Source: Candidatus Latescibacterota bacterium (GTDB taxonomy: Bacteria; Latescibacterota; UBA2968; UBA8231). Taken from it: a stretch of 64,000 nucleotides of DNA. The notes under the pieces are model-generated. The model was given only the letters and a program-made list of their open reading frames with translations. It was not told where the DNA came from and did no database searches. Location: assembly GCA_965243025.1 (NCBI GenBank), contig CBDETY010000003.1, positions 672,001-736,000 of the forward strand, given 5' to 3'. Positions within the stretch are counted from its first letter, which is position 1. Each line of letters begins with the position of its first letter. The translations under genes were made by a program, and so were the position numbers. This document shows, piece after piece, positions 19,603-29,860 of this stretch.

Positions 19603-19986
19603 TTCTTCCTCCTGCGATTTGCGGTGCCACTTCCAGCGCCCCGCCCCCCCGTGGCGATCACGGAAGTATTCGGAGCCGCGGGATTCGTGCCACCAGTGGG
19701 GAAAAAACTTCCTCAGAAATCGGACTTCATGCGGTTCCGCAGCCGACCGCGGACGGGCGGCTGGTGCATGTCGACAACTCGTTCAGGCAACCTGGCATGG
19801 ACCGGCTGCCGCGATCGCTTTCCTGACCAGCGAACTCTGATGAATATGGTTGAGAGGTACGTTATTTTCGGGCGCCTATCAAGGAAATTCTGGGGGCCCT
19901 CCCGGTAGGGGGAGATAGGCGCGATTGCCGGGTGAAACCCCAACCTGTTGTGGTGCCCCGGAATCCCCCGCACCTCGAGAAACCCT

Positions 19987-20706
19987 GTGCGGATCAGCGA
20001 ATTTCCCGTCCTGACCTTCGACACCTATGGCACCCTGATCGACTGGGAGACCGGAATCTGGGAGGCCCTGCAACCGCTCTGCTCGCGTCTGGCCGAACCG
20101 CCGGCCCGGGAGGAGGCCCTGGCGGCCTTCGCGCAGGCGGAATCCGCATGCCAGGAGGCGGCGCCCGGAATGCTCTACGCGGATGTCCTGGCTGCAACCC
20201 ACCGCACCCTCGCCCAGGGCTGGGGAGTCGAAGCGGACGATGCCGGGAGCGTCCGCTTCGGCCGGTCGGTCGGTGACTGGCCGGCCTTCGAGGACGCGGC
20301 CGATTCGCTGGCTTATCTGAAAAACCACCACCGGCTGGTCACCCTGACCAACTGCGACCGCGCCAGCTATCCGGGCAGCGCCGCCCGGCTCCGGAATCCC
20401 TGGGATGCGGTCCTCACCGCAGAAGAGATCGGCTCGTACAAGCCGGCGGCGGCCAACTTCGAGTACCTGCTCGAACGGGTGAAAGCGGACTTCGGCTGCG
20501 GGCCCGAAGACATTCTGCATGTCGCGCAGAGCCTCTTCCACGACCACGTGCCCGCAAAGAGGACGGGACTGGCGACCGCCTGGATCGACCGGCGCGCCGG
20601 CCGCGGCGGCGGGGCGACCGCCCCGCCCCGGGAGGAGGTGAGGCCCGATTTCCGGTTCGCGAGCATGGAGGAATTGGTTGCCCGGCACCGGGGGGAGCGA
20701 GGCTGA
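19987..20706 (+). CDS. HAD-superfamily haloacid dehalogenase, type II-like
   Basis: TFDTYGTLIDWETG, SYKP, LHVAQSLFHDHVPA; GTG start chosen. Confidence 0.9.
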   Translation: MRISEFPVLTFDTYGTLIDWETGIWEALQPLCSRLAEPPAREEALAAFAQAESACQEAAPGMLYADVLAATHRTLAQGWGVEADDAGSVRFGRSVGDWPAFEDAADSLAYLKNHHRLVTLTNCDRASYPGSAARLRNPWDAVLTAEEIGSYKPAAANFEYLLERVKADFGCGPEDILHVAQSLFHDHVPAKRTGLATAWIDRRAGRGGGATAPPREEVRPDFRFASMEELVARHRGERG

Positions 20707-20844
20707 AATCGGGAAATCACTGCCGCAGGAAGAAACGGGGATTCAGGCGGCCATCCGGTCAGGCTCCGAAATCAAAGAGCCGCCGAGCCTGACCGTTCCG
20801 CTTGCAGTATTCGCTCCCGCTCAGATCGTGCGCATCCGCTTGAG

Positions 20845-22026
20845 CTACCAGCCTTTCCAGCTCCCGTCTTCGTGGCGGTACTGGCGGTACTCCATCGGCA
20901 CGTGGGGGAGCTTGGCGATGTCCGCCTCTTTCACCTCGACCCCGAGCCCGGGCCCCCCGGGAGTGTTGACGTACCCCCCTTCGATGCGCAGGTCGTGCTC
21001 CATGTACCTGGCGAAGTGCTGCAGCTGGTGGGATTCCTGGATCAGGAAGTTGGGGGTCGCCGCGTCGGCGTGCAGGGAGGCGACGTACAGCAGTCCCCCG
21101 ACCCCGAGATGGGGGGCCATCAGGATCTGCTGCTGCTCCGCATGGCGGGCGATCTCCATGTAGCTGCCCAGGCCGAAGCTGTGTCCGATGTCGGGCTGCA
21201 GGAAGGAGACGGCCCGCGCCCGGATGAGCGGCTCGAACCCGGGCAGGTCGAAGATCTTCTCCCCCGTGGCGATCGACACCGGGCTGTTGCGCGAGACGTC
21301 GAGGAGCGCTTCGAGCGATCCGACCTTGCAGGGTTCCTCGAGAAAGAGCGGGCGGTACGGGGCGACGCGGCGGGCGTACTCGATCGACAGCTCGGGATGG
21401 GGGCTGCCGTGGGTGTCGAGCATGATGTCGAACCCGGGACCGGCCGCCTTGCGGATGGCGGCGACCACCGATGTGCTGTTGGCCAGGGCCTGCTCGTCCA
21501 TCGCCCACAGCCGCTCCTCGAGCGGATTGCCCTTGACCCCGGCGTATCCGGCGGCCTGCACCTTCAGGGCCGAGGCGGCCGCGGCGTCCGGGCTGCTGAA
21601 GTCGCCGCCGCTGTACACGCGGATGCGGTCGCGGCGGGCACCTCCGAGAAGGGTGTGGACGGGGACTCCCCAGGCCTTGCCGGCGAGATCGTGGAGGGCG
21701 ATGTCGACCGCGGCGACCGCGGTGCCGGGCACGGCCCCTCCTTTCCATGGACTGCGGTTCTGCAGGTCGTCGGTGATCGCGGCGATCCCCAGGGGATCCC
21801 GGCCCACCAGCAGCGGTTCCCAGTCGCGCAGCATCGCCTCTACCGGTGAGGTGAGCCATTCCCCGGAGCCTTCCCCCCAGCCGGAGATTCCCGCGTCGGT
21901 CTCGATCTTGAGGAAGAGCCAGTCCTTGGCAGGGGAAGCCGGCAGCAGCTCGCCCCGTTCGCCGTTGATGGTCTGGCCTTCGCCGACGTGGGTGAACTTG
22001 TAGATCCTGATGCCGGTGATCTTCAT
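20845..22026 (-). CDS. mandelate racemase/MLE family, galactonate dehydratase-like
   Basis: WLFLKIETD.GI.GWGE, DIALHDL.GK, LDTHG, FLEEP, ATGE, QPD. Confidence 0.9.
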   Translation of the reverse strand: MKITGIRIYKFTHVGEGQTINGERGELLPASPAKDWLFLKIETDAGISGWGEGSGEWLTSPVEAMLRDWEPLLVGRDPLGIAAITDDLQNRSPWKGGAVPGTAVAAVDIALHDLAGKAWGVPVHTLLGGARRDRIRVYSGGDFSSPDAAAASALKVQAAGYAGVKGNPLEERLWAMDEQALANSTSVVAAIRKAAGPGFDIMLDTHGSPHPELSIEYARRVAPYRPLFLEEPCKVGSLEALLDVSRNSPVSIATGEKIFDLPGFEPLIRARAVSFLQPDIGHSFGLGSYMEIARHAEQQQILMAPHLGVGGLLYVASLHADAATPNFLIQESHQLQHFARYMEHDLRIEGGYVNTPGGPGLGVEVKEADIAKLPHVPMEYRQYRHEDGSWKGW

Positions 22027-22144
22027 GGTGGATCCTGTGATCGGCTCCTTAACCGAATGCCAAATTGTTTTGGGCCGTCATCGGCTGGGTTTCGCGGAAT
22101 CGCAACGGGTTGGCCGGGGCCGGTCGGTGGCCGAAGGTGACCGG

Positions 22145-22570
22145 TCAATCCGGCTGCTGCTCTTGTTGCTCGAGGGCGGCAATACGGCGGGCAAACTCGG
22201 CGATTGGCTCGAGATCCCGGATCGCCCCGACAACCTGCTCGTAGTCGAGAGAGACGTACTCGTGAATGAGGATGTTGCGGAAGCCCGGGAGGCGGGCGAG
22301 GCGATCGACGAGCTCCTGCGGGAACTCCTCCCAGGCCGACAGGTTCCTCACGGCCTCGGTGTAATCCTCGAAACGCAGCCCGCGGCGCGCACCGAGTTCC
22401 CCGGCGATGTCGATGACGAGCTGAGACGCAGTCAACAAGGAGAAAAGGACGTCGTTGTGGAGGCTCAGGTCGTCCCGAAGTGATGCGGGCCCCTCGACCT
22501 TCGGTTCCAGCATGCGCAGGTGGTCGAGGTGTTTGCGCAGCTCGGCGAGCCGCTCTACCAACCAGGTCAC
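22145..22570 (-). CDS. hepT: HepT-like HEPN ribonuclease toxin (DUF86)
   Basis: GFRNILIHEY (Rx4HxY) motif; GTGA overlap with mntA. Confidence 0.9.
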   Translation of the reverse strand: MTWLVERLAELRKHLDHLRMLEPKVEGPASLRDDLSLHNDVLFSLLTASQLVIDIAGELGARRGLRFEDYTEAVRNLSAWEEFPQELVDRLARLPGFRNILIHEYVSLDYEQVVGAIRDLEPIAEFARRIAALEQQEQQPD

Positions 22571-23013
22571 GAGGAAAGAGCCCCGAGCTTTATCTGCCGC
22601 ATTCGGCGCAGGAACGGCTCGAGATCGGCGGCGCGCAGCTGGACGTCCCGGAAAAAGGCGTGATCCGCCTCGGGGTCGGCCACGTACACCCGAATTCCCT
22701 CCGTGACTGCGTGGCGTCCGAGGCCCGGGGGTACGTCGTTGAGGATGACGAGGTCGACGTCGTTGTTCCTCAGAACGTGGATCAGCTCCGCGGTGAGCCG
22801 GACCCGTTCCCCGGATCGTTGCTGGCGCGAGGGAAAGCGGGCGCGGTCCAACAGCACCGCGACGTCGACGTCGCTTTCGGCATGCGCCTGTCCCCGGGCG
22901 GCGCTTCCGTAGAGATAGGCCGAGGCCACTCCTGCCGGCCGCACCCGGTGGAAGTAATCACGCAAGGCGCTTTCATGCGTTTGGGTGTCGGTTGTGTGTT
23001 TGGGGCGGCTCAT
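22567..23013 (-). CDS. mntA: MntA minimal nucleotidyltransferase antitoxin (type VII TA)
   Basis: YLYGSAARGQAHAESDVDVAV (GSx10DxD), VDLVILN; start at MSRPKH. Confidence 0.88.
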   Translation of the reverse strand: MSRPKHTTDTQTHESALRDYFHRVRPAGVASAYLYGSAARGQAHAESDVDVAVLLDRARFPSRQQRSGERVRLTAELIHVLRNNDVDLVILNDVPPGLGRHAVTEGIRVYVADPEADHAFFRDVQLRAADLEPFLRRMRQIKLGALSS

Positions 23014-23145
23014 TTTCGCGTCCTCAGATTCCGCCAGAATATAAGCCCCCGCCCGAGGGAGTTCTTGAGGATGAGGCCGGCATTTTTGATAGTCTCCTGG
23101 CCTCTGTCCGGGCAGATTGGGCGATCCGACCGTCCCCAACGGCTC

Positions 23146-23427
23146 ACCGTTGACGACGTAGAGATCGAGCCAGCCGTCGTCGTCGTAATCGAAGAACGCC
23201 GCCCCGCTGCCGTTGGCCTCGAGAATGAACCGCTTCTCGACGCCTCCGAAGGTGTTGGTGAGGCTCCGAAGTCCGGCCTCCGCCGTGCGGTCGACGAACC
23301 GGGGTTGGCTCCATAGCGGGAAGGCGCCCAGGATCAGTCCGGGAAAGAACGGGGTTAGGCTGCGAAACAAGTCGATACCTCCGTATCGCAGGGTCAGACC
23401 CTTGAGAACCCAGGCGGTGAAGATCGC
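23146..23427 (-). pseudogene. fused gene remnants: DUF6784-like membrane fragment plus CRTAC1/FG-GAP N-terminal fragment
   Basis: AWVLKGLTLRYGG...PFFPGLILG followed by FVDRTAEAGL...GSGAAFFDYDDDGWLDLYVVNG, then abrupt loss of similarity. Confidence 0.65.
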
Positions 23428-23588
23428 CGGCAGTCCCTGTAATGTTCCCCGGAAACCGGACAGTCGGTCAAGGGGCATTACTTGAGAAATCCTCCCTGTC
23501 CAGAGGATAGCCGATGGCCGGGAAACACACCTTTCACTTCCCGCAGTCCAAGGCCAAAGACCCGGCTCGCGCGATGGGTGCGCGTGGT

Positions 23589-24878
23589 TTACTGAAGACC
23601 TTCCTGGCTCCTTCTGTCAGGCTCCCTGATGAACCAGACCGCCACTGCGCACAGCAGCGGCAGCAAGGCGAAGGCGAACAGGGCGCCGGTATAGCTTCCG
23701 TACAGATCCCAGGCCAGTCCGAACGGGATCGGTCCGACGGAAGCCCCGAGAACGCTGACCATCTGCGAGGCCCCCTGGATGCTGCCGAGATGCCGGCGCC
23801 CGAAGAACCGCGGCCAGATGTAGGCGAGCAGGTTGTGGCTGCCGGCGTTGGCGGCGCCGAACAAGATGCCGAAGAATACCGAGGACAGGGTGTCGGAGGC
23901 CGCGGCGAGCGCCGCAAGGGAGCAGGAAAGCAGCAGCAGGCCCCCGGCGAACACGGTCCGGGTCCGCAGGCGGTCGAGGAGGCGGCCGAAGACCGGCATG
24001 AAGGCGACCATGGTCATGGCGGACACGGCGAACACGCGGGAGGCGTCCCCGGGGCTCAACCCGCGCGACTCGAGGATGGAGACCTGGTGGAAGAAGATCG
24101 CCGTGATCGCCAGCGACAGGGTGGCCACGGCAACCGCGCAGATCCAGAAGGCGGAGGTCCGCATCGCCTCCCCCAGGGTCAGTCCGGCTTCGGCGGAATC
24201 CCCCGGTTCGTCTGCTCCCGCGGCGCTGCCGCCGCGGTCGCCGTCCGGGGCCAACCCGAGATCCTCCGGCCTGTTGCGCACCAGCAGGGCGGCGCACGGA
24301 ACCAGCAGCACCCAGGTCGAGACGCCGAGCCAGAGCCAGGCCTGGCGCCAGCCGGCCTCGTCGATCAGCCACTGCGAGAAGGTGGGATGCACCGCCATGC
24401 TCAGGGAAAACCCGAGGCTGACAAGGCCCATGGCGAGGCCGCGTTTCCGGCTGAACCACTGCGCCACCAGGTTGTAGGAGCAGATCATCAGCGATCCCTG
24501 GCCGAGGAAGCGCAGGGCCGCGAACCCGACCGCCAGCAGCCACAGGTCCGGGACCTGCCCGAAGGCCGCGGCCCCGGCGCCGAACAGCACCCCCACCCAG
24601 AGCATCACGGCGCGGACCCCGAAGCGGTCGACGAGGCGCCCAACCCAGGGCAGGCCGCAGGCGGCCGCCAGGGTGGCCGCGGCGTAGGCGGTGGAGACCG
24701 CGGTGCGCGAGATCCCGAGGTCCTCGCCGATCGGCGTGATGAAGACGCTGAATGCATGGGACTGGCCGGGGCCGCTGGCGAACAGGCAGAGAGCGCCGGC
24801 GGCGAGCATAAGCCAGCCGTAGAAGAAGCGGTCGTTGATGATCAGGGGGATCGGCCCGGGGGTTCGGCGGGGAGTCAT
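23589..24878 (-). CDS. MFS transporter
   Basis: About 12 TM segments; GRLVDRFGVR motif A; WFSRKRGLAMG. Confidence 0.92.
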   Translation of the reverse strand: MTPRRTPGPIPLIINDRFFYGWLMLAAGALCLFASGPGQSHAFSVFITPIGEDLGISRTAVSTAYAAATLAAACGLPWVGRLVDRFGVRAVMLWVGVLFGAGAAAFGQVPDLWLLAVGFAALRFLGQGSLMICSYNLVAQWFSRKRGLAMGLVSLGFSLSMAVHPTFSQWLIDEAGWRQAWLWLGVSTWVLLVPCAALLVRNRPEDLGLAPDGDRGGSAAGADEPGDSAEAGLTLGEAMRTSAFWICAVAVATLSLAITAIFFHQVSILESRGLSPGDASRVFAVSAMTMVAFMPVFGRLLDRLRTRTVFAGGLLLLSCSLAALAAASDTLSSVFFGILFGAANAGSHNLLAYIWPRFFGRRHLGSIQGASQMVSVLGASVGPIPFGLAWDLYGSYTGALFAFALLPLLCAVAVWFIREPDRRSQEGLQ

Positions 24879-25963
24879 GGAACGCTGAATCTCCGCAGCG
24901 CCCCGGCATCGAGGTCAACCCCGAGCCCGGGGCGGTCCGGTACGCGGACGAATCCGTCCTCTACCTCGAACCGGGTCGGCGACAGGCCGGTGCGGAGACC
25001 GTTTTCCGTCACGTCGAGCTCGAGAAAGGGGGGTAGCTCCCCGCGGGGATCCTCCGGTACCGCGGCCAGCCAGTGGAGGGTGGCCGCCAGCCGCACCACC
25101 GACCCGAACATGTGCGGGATCACGTGGACCCGGTTCGCCGCGGCGAGCCCGCAGACCCTCATTCCCTCGGTGAACCCGCCGGCGCGGCCGATGTCGGGCT
25201 GGATGATGTCCATGGCTCCGCTCTCGACTACGTCGCGGAAAGAAGCGAGCCCGCTGCGTCCCTCCGCGCCAGCCACCGGCATCGGCAGGGCCTGCCGGAG
25301 CTCGCGGTACCCGTCGAGGTCTTCGGCCGGGACCGGCTCCTCGAACCACATGACATCACTGGTGGCAAGCCGGTTGCCTGCCTCGATAGCCGCCGGAAGG
25401 TCGTACCCCTGGGTGGCGTCGACGGCGAGCCTCACCTCGCTGCCGACGGCGCTCCGCACCGCCTCGACGATGCGTTCGTCCCGCTCGGGACCGAAACCGA
25501 TGCGGACTTTGACTGCGTCGAACCGGCCCCGGCAGCGGCGGGCTTCTTCGGCGACGTGGCGCAGGTGATCCTCCCCCTGCGGCTGGAAGAACCCGCTGGC
25601 GTACGCGGTCACCCTGTCCCGCAGGGTACCCCCGAGAAGTTCGCAGACCGGCTTGCCTTCCGCCTTCCCCGCGAGGTCCCAGAGGGCGATCTCGATTCCG
25701 CAGGCAGCGGGGATGTCTTCCCCGCAGGCCGTCAGGCTGTCCCAGATCTCCTCGCGGTCGAACGGGCTCTTCCCGACCAACAGGGAGTCTGCCGTTTCCC
25801 GCGCCAGGGTCCCATCCCCTTCCCCCCAGCCGGCAAGGCCGTCGTCGGTCCTGACCTCCACGATCGCCGCTGTCCGTTCGCGGATCCAGTCCGTGCGGCA
25901 GGCCCGGAAAAGACGCGGGACCGGGCAGGCGAGGCGGTGGGTGATTACCTCGGTGATCCGCAT
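24875..25963 (-). CDS. mandelate racemase/MLE family enolase
   Basis: IALWDLAGK, KVRIG, WFEEP, AGAE, IQPD, PGLGV. Confidence 0.92.
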   Translation of the reverse strand: MRITEVITHRLACPVPRLFRACRTDWIRERTAAIVEVRTDDGLAGWGEGDGTLARETADSLLVGKSPFDREEIWDSLTACGEDIPAACGIEIALWDLAGKAEGKPVCELLGGTLRDRVTAYASGFFQPQGEDHLRHVAEEARRCRGRFDAVKVRIGFGPERDERIVEAVRSAVGSEVRLAVDATQGYDLPAAIEAGNRLATSDVMWFEEPVPAEDLDGYRELRQALPMPVAGAEGRSGLASFRDVVESGAMDIIQPDIGRAGGFTEGMRVCGLAAANRVHVIPHMFGSVVRLAATLHWLAAVPEDPRGELPPFLELDVTENGLRTGLSPTRFEVEDGFVRVPDRPGLGVDLDAGALRRFSVP

Positions 25964-27571
25964 TCAGGCATACCGGACGTGCAGCTCGAGCTTCTCGATC
26001 CGCGCCCCCGCGGTCGTCCGGTCGGTTCGGCAGATGCCGACGAGGTTTTCCCCCAGGGCGAGGAACCGCGGCGGGACGGCAAAGATCAGCCAGTGTTCGA
26101 AGCGGGCGTTCAGCCGGGTCGCGGTTCCCGTTTCCCGGACCGGGGCGCCCAGTAGCAGATTGTTGATTCTCACCTCAACCTGGAGCCCGCCGGCCGCCTC
26201 CTCCGGATCGGCGGTGAGGGCGAGGTTCAGGGTCAGGCTGTCGAGGCGGTCCGCCGCGGCCGCGAGGTCGTCGGCAACGTCGAGGGTGAGAAGCGTGTCC
26301 GGGGAGCCGCCGCCCCCCAGCGCCGCGGGCAGCTGCGCCCGCATGTTGGTCTGGAAGTAGCAGTGCCGGGGGGTGCGCCAATCGTCGGGGGCGGGTACGA
26401 AGTCGCTGCCGTGGCCGCCCCCCCGGCGCTCGACCAGGAACACCTTGTCGCGGCCCTCGAGGGTTTCGGGGCTGCCGATTTCCGCGAAGACCCGGCACTG
26501 GGTCTCCCAGTCCGACAGCGGCGCTCCTCCGTCGAGGCCGCCGCGGCGGTGCTCCGGCGCCGCTTCGATTCCGAGGCCGCGCTCCGATTCCGGCGAGGGG
26601 AACATCAGGTTGAAGGTGTGCATGCCGTCCGGGTTCTGCCGCCACCAGTTGGCGCAGACCCCGCGCCAGACCTCGACCTTCGGGTGGCGGTACCCGTCCG
26701 AGGAGTGGTGATCGTCCCAGCTCGGGTACACCTTGACCGGGGTCCCGCTCGTCAGGGCGCGGAAGCCGGCGACGTCGGCGGCCGCCGTACGCGTGCCGAT
26801 CGCGAGGATGTCGACCACTCCCTCGGCGACCCAGGTCTCGACGTCGATGCCGTCGAAACGGCACCCCGGGATGTCTTCGGGGATCCTGGCGGCCAGCAGG
26901 TACGGCCGCCCGCGGCGGCGCGCGATCCCGTGCAGGGCGGAGCGGACCTCGCGCATGAAGCCGGTAAGCAGGTCGCGGTGTTTCCACTGCTCCCCCTCGG
27001 GAAACAGCACAGGGACCCTCGCGAAGTCGACGGAGATGCCGTCGTAGTCGTACATCTCTGCGACTTCGCGCAGGACCTCGAGCTTGAGGCCGCGGACCTC
27101 CTCGCGGCGGAAATCCCAGTACACGTGCCACTTGTGGATGAGCCAGTCCGGGTGCCGGGCCTTCAGCGGGACGGGGCCTTCGAGGGGGTGCGGGGGATCG
27201 AAGAGGTCGTCGTTGTCCGAGCCGTTGATACGGTAGGAGAAGAAGACCTCCCGCCCGCGTTGCCGGGTCTCGTCGAGGAGCACCCTGACCGGGTCGATTC
27301 CCGCCTCCCACCAGCGGGGGAAGACGTTCTCCGTGCGCGGCAGCACCTCGCTCGGCCAGACCGCGGTGTTCCCCTCGCCCCACTCGTGCCAGACGCTGTC
27401 GATCTGGTTCGGCGCCGCCTCGAGACGGCTCATGTAGAAGGCGATCAGCCTGTCCAGGCGGGAGGGGCCGACCTCGCCGCGGCGGAAGGCGTCGTTGGCG
27501 AGGATGTCGTCCTGGAAGATGATGCGGCGCTGCCGGGCGGCGGCGAGCGCATGCGGGTCGTCGGGGGTCAC
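25964..27571 (-). CDS. GHL10/DUF187-like TIM-barrel protein (paralog 2)
   Basis: RRIIFQDD, SYRING, WDFRREEVR, YDYDGISVDFAR, GMHTFN; GTG start 11 nt after upstream stop. Confidence 0.75.
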   Translation of the reverse strand: MTPDDPHALAAARQRRIIFQDDILANDAFRRGEVGPSRLDRLIAFYMSRLEAAPNQIDSVWHEWGEGNTAVWPSEVLPRTENVFPRWWEAGIDPVRVLLDETRQRGREVFFSYRINGSDNDDLFDPPHPLEGPVPLKARHPDWLIHKWHVYWDFRREEVRGLKLEVLREVAEMYDYDGISVDFARVPVLFPEGEQWKHRDLLTGFMREVRSALHGIARRRGRPYLLAARIPEDIPGCRFDGIDVETWVAEGVVDILAIGTRTAAADVAGFRALTSGTPVKVYPSWDDHHSSDGYRHPKVEVWRGVCANWWRQNPDGMHTFNLMFPSPESERGLGIEAAPEHRRGGLDGGAPLSDWETQCRVFAEIGSPETLEGRDKVFLVERRGGGHGSDFVPAPDDWRTPRHCYFQTNMRAQLPAALGGGGSPDTLLTLDVADDLAAAADRLDSLTLNLALTADPEEAAGGLQVEVRINNLLLGAPVRETGTATRLNARFEHWLIFAVPPRFLALGENLVGICRTDRTTAGARIEKLELHVRYA

Positions 27572-27581
27572 GGCACGCGGC

Positions 27582-29060
27582 TCAGCCTGCGGCGTCCGGT
27601 TCCCAGATCGCAACCGGGTTCGCCGGGTCCGGATCGACCGGCCAGAGCCCGCGGCCGCTCCCGGTGAACGGGATGGAGGCGAAGTCCAGGGTGCAGACCC
27701 CGGGGCCGTCGAACAGCATTCCCCGCTCCCAGCCGGCGCCGAAGGCCGCCATCCACCCGGTCATGCTCTTGGCCATGACCGCGAGGGCGGCGTCCGGCTG
27801 CAGTCCGGCGCACTCGTAGAAGGCCGGATCCGGAGTCATCGCCGGCAACGAGCAGGCGACGAGCTGGATCTGCCCGGACTCGACGACCGCGGCTTCCCCC
27901 ATCGAGAAGGCCTGGCCGGTGTAGGCTCCGCCGCGCGCCTTGTAGTTCCCCTCACCGGTCCAGGTGACCCGCCCGTCCCAGGAGACCGGCGGGTCGCCGG
28001 TGGTGAAGCGGGTCGCGCCGCGGCGGGCGGCGGCCGCGGTGTCGGGGTCGACCACCCAGAGCAGGACCTTGCCGGGCAGCTCTTCGCGGAGCGGCAGCAG
28101 CCGGCGCAGGGCCTCGGCGCTGTGGCCGGGGGAGCCCCCGGCGGTCGCGTCCGCGGTGTCGACCAGCACCCAGGGCTCCGGCTCCTTGCGCCGGAGCTTC
28201 CGCAGGATCTCAGGCCAGGGGGTGAGCCGGTTTCTCCAGTTTTGCCGCTGGGCGTACCACTCGCCGGCGAGTTTCTGCAGCTCATCGAGGGGAACGCCGC
28301 CACCGGCAGCGGTGACGACCACGGAAGAGCCCATTTCGTCGATGTCCATCCAGGGCTGCACCGGCAGGATACAGACGTCGAGGACGTCTCCGTGCCGCCG
28401 TTCCAGCTCGCGGGCGCGGGTCAGCAGGCCGCACAGGTTCCCCTCGAAATGGGTGCTGTCCGCCGGCGACATGAGGGCGGACACCTTGGCCGCGGCCCGG
28501 GTGAAAGGGCCCGGGTGCAGGGCCAGGCGCGCGGCGCGCTCGCCGGTGGCGGTGAAGTCCATGTGGGGGAAGGTGCGGTACGCGGTGACCGCGTCGGCGT
28601 GCTGCAGCATGCGGCGCGTGAAGTTGGCGTGCAGGTCGAGCGAGAGCACCACCCGGCCGCGGTACCCGAGATCGGTGCGCACCTTCTCGAGGATGTACCC
28701 CTCGGGATCGTCCTCGCCGTCGGCGGCGGCGGCCCCGTGCAGGTGGAGGATGAGGACGTCGAACGGCATCGCCGCGGCGACCCGGTCGAGCAGGGTGCCC
28801 CCGATCTCGCGGAAGCAGGCGGCGCTGAGGCGTCCGGCGGGAGAGCCGCAGAGGGCGGTGAAACAGGGTGCGGTCTCCCAGCCGGCCGCGGCCAGCACCT
28901 CGAGGCTGCCGTGCATCTGCGAGTCGGTCCCGGCGGCCCAGGCGCGCACCCGGGCTTCCTCTTCGAGGAAGACTCCCCCTTTCCTGAAGAGGTCGATCTC
29001 CGCCAGGCCGGGGGCGAAGGTGTTGCTTTCGAAGATGAACTGGGCGAGGGCGGCTTTCAT
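27582..29060 (-). CDS. M81 family metallopeptidase (MlrC-like)
   Basis: ESNTF, LHLHGA, DDPEG, LDLHAN, YRTFPHMD, DTADATAGG; start at MKAALAQ. Confidence 0.9.
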   Translation of the reverse strand: MKAALAQFIFESNTFAPGLAEIDLFRKGGVFLEEEARVRAWAAGTDSQMHGSLEVLAAAGWETAPCFTALCGSPAGRLSAACFREIGGTLLDRVAAAMPFDVLILHLHGAAAADGEDDPEGYILEKVRTDLGYRGRVVLSLDLHANFTRRMLQHADAVTAYRTFPHMDFTATGERAARLALHPGPFTRAAAKVSALMSPADSTHFEGNLCGLLTRARELERRHGDVLDVCILPVQPWMDIDEMGSSVVVTAAGGGVPLDELQKLAGEWYAQRQNWRNRLTPWPEILRKLRRKEPEPWVLVDTADATAGGSPGHSAEALRRLLPLREELPGKVLLWVVDPDTAAAARRGATRFTTGDPPVSWDGRVTWTGEGNYKARGGAYTGQAFSMGEAAVVESGQIQLVACSLPAMTPDPAFYECAGLQPDAALAVMAKSMTGWMAAFGAGWERGMLFDGPGVCTLDFASIPFTGSGRGLWPVDPDPANPVAIWEPDAAG

Positions 29061-29286
29061 GGGGCAATTCGGGGAAACGGGTTGCAGCTGCCGCACCTGG
29101 TTTTTTCTCGCGCTCGCAGATGCGCCGGGGTGCGGGCAGATGGTTTCGGGCGGCTCCGGCGGGGGCCGGGATGGCAGCGGCCGGTGTCTCAGGCAGCTCG
29201 GGCCGGTGCTCTGCGGCGCTCCTTCCGTCCCGTGCGGCAAAACATATCCAATACAGTGAAAGCGGGGCCACCGGAGAGTTGCACCC

Positions 29287-29525
29287 GGGTGCTCGCCCGC
29301 AACGCATGCCCGCGGATACCCGGACAGGCGGAGTCGCGGCGGGTCGGCACCCTTCAAGGCGTACGGGGCGCTCGGGCGGCAAGCATTCCCGCAAGATACG
29401 GGGCCGGGCGGAGTCGCGGCGGGTCGCGGTATCCTTCAAGCAGAACCGGGGGCGCTCCCCGGCAGGCATGGCTGCAGATACGGGGCCGGGGAGTCGCTTC
29501 CGGTCGCGGCATCCTGCAAGCCGAG
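29287..29525. repeat. degenerate about 80-bp tandem repeat, 3 copies
   Basis: Recurring GCTC...GCAT...GATAC...GGAGTCGC..CGG(G)TCG...CCTTCAAG units. Confidence 0.7.
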
Positions 29526-29860
29526 GTGAGCTCGGCACTTGCCCCGGGATTGCGCCGGGGAATTGAAGTGTCGGATCGGTTCCCGGGAATGCGGGCGGCG
29601 GAGACTGGATTCATGCCGGTCCCGTGCGCGCAATCAGCAGCCCGATTCATTCCGGCACGGACCCGGCGACCAGTCCTGTCCCTGACCGTTGCCCTGGGCG
29701 GTGGTGCGGGAATGCCTGCCCGAGGGGGACTGGATCGATGCTTGATCCGGTCCCGCGCGAGCGGTCTGCCTGAATCGGGGCCCCGTGGATTGCCCGGCCT
29801 TTACTGCAAGGCGACCTTTCCCCGGCGGTCAGGGGGTGACGAAACCGCTCTGTCAGCCTT

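Noticed and set aside
22045-22066. sigma54 promoter (TTGGCA on minus strand) upstream of the dehydratase
   Set aside because: The -12 TTGC element is missing at the required spacing
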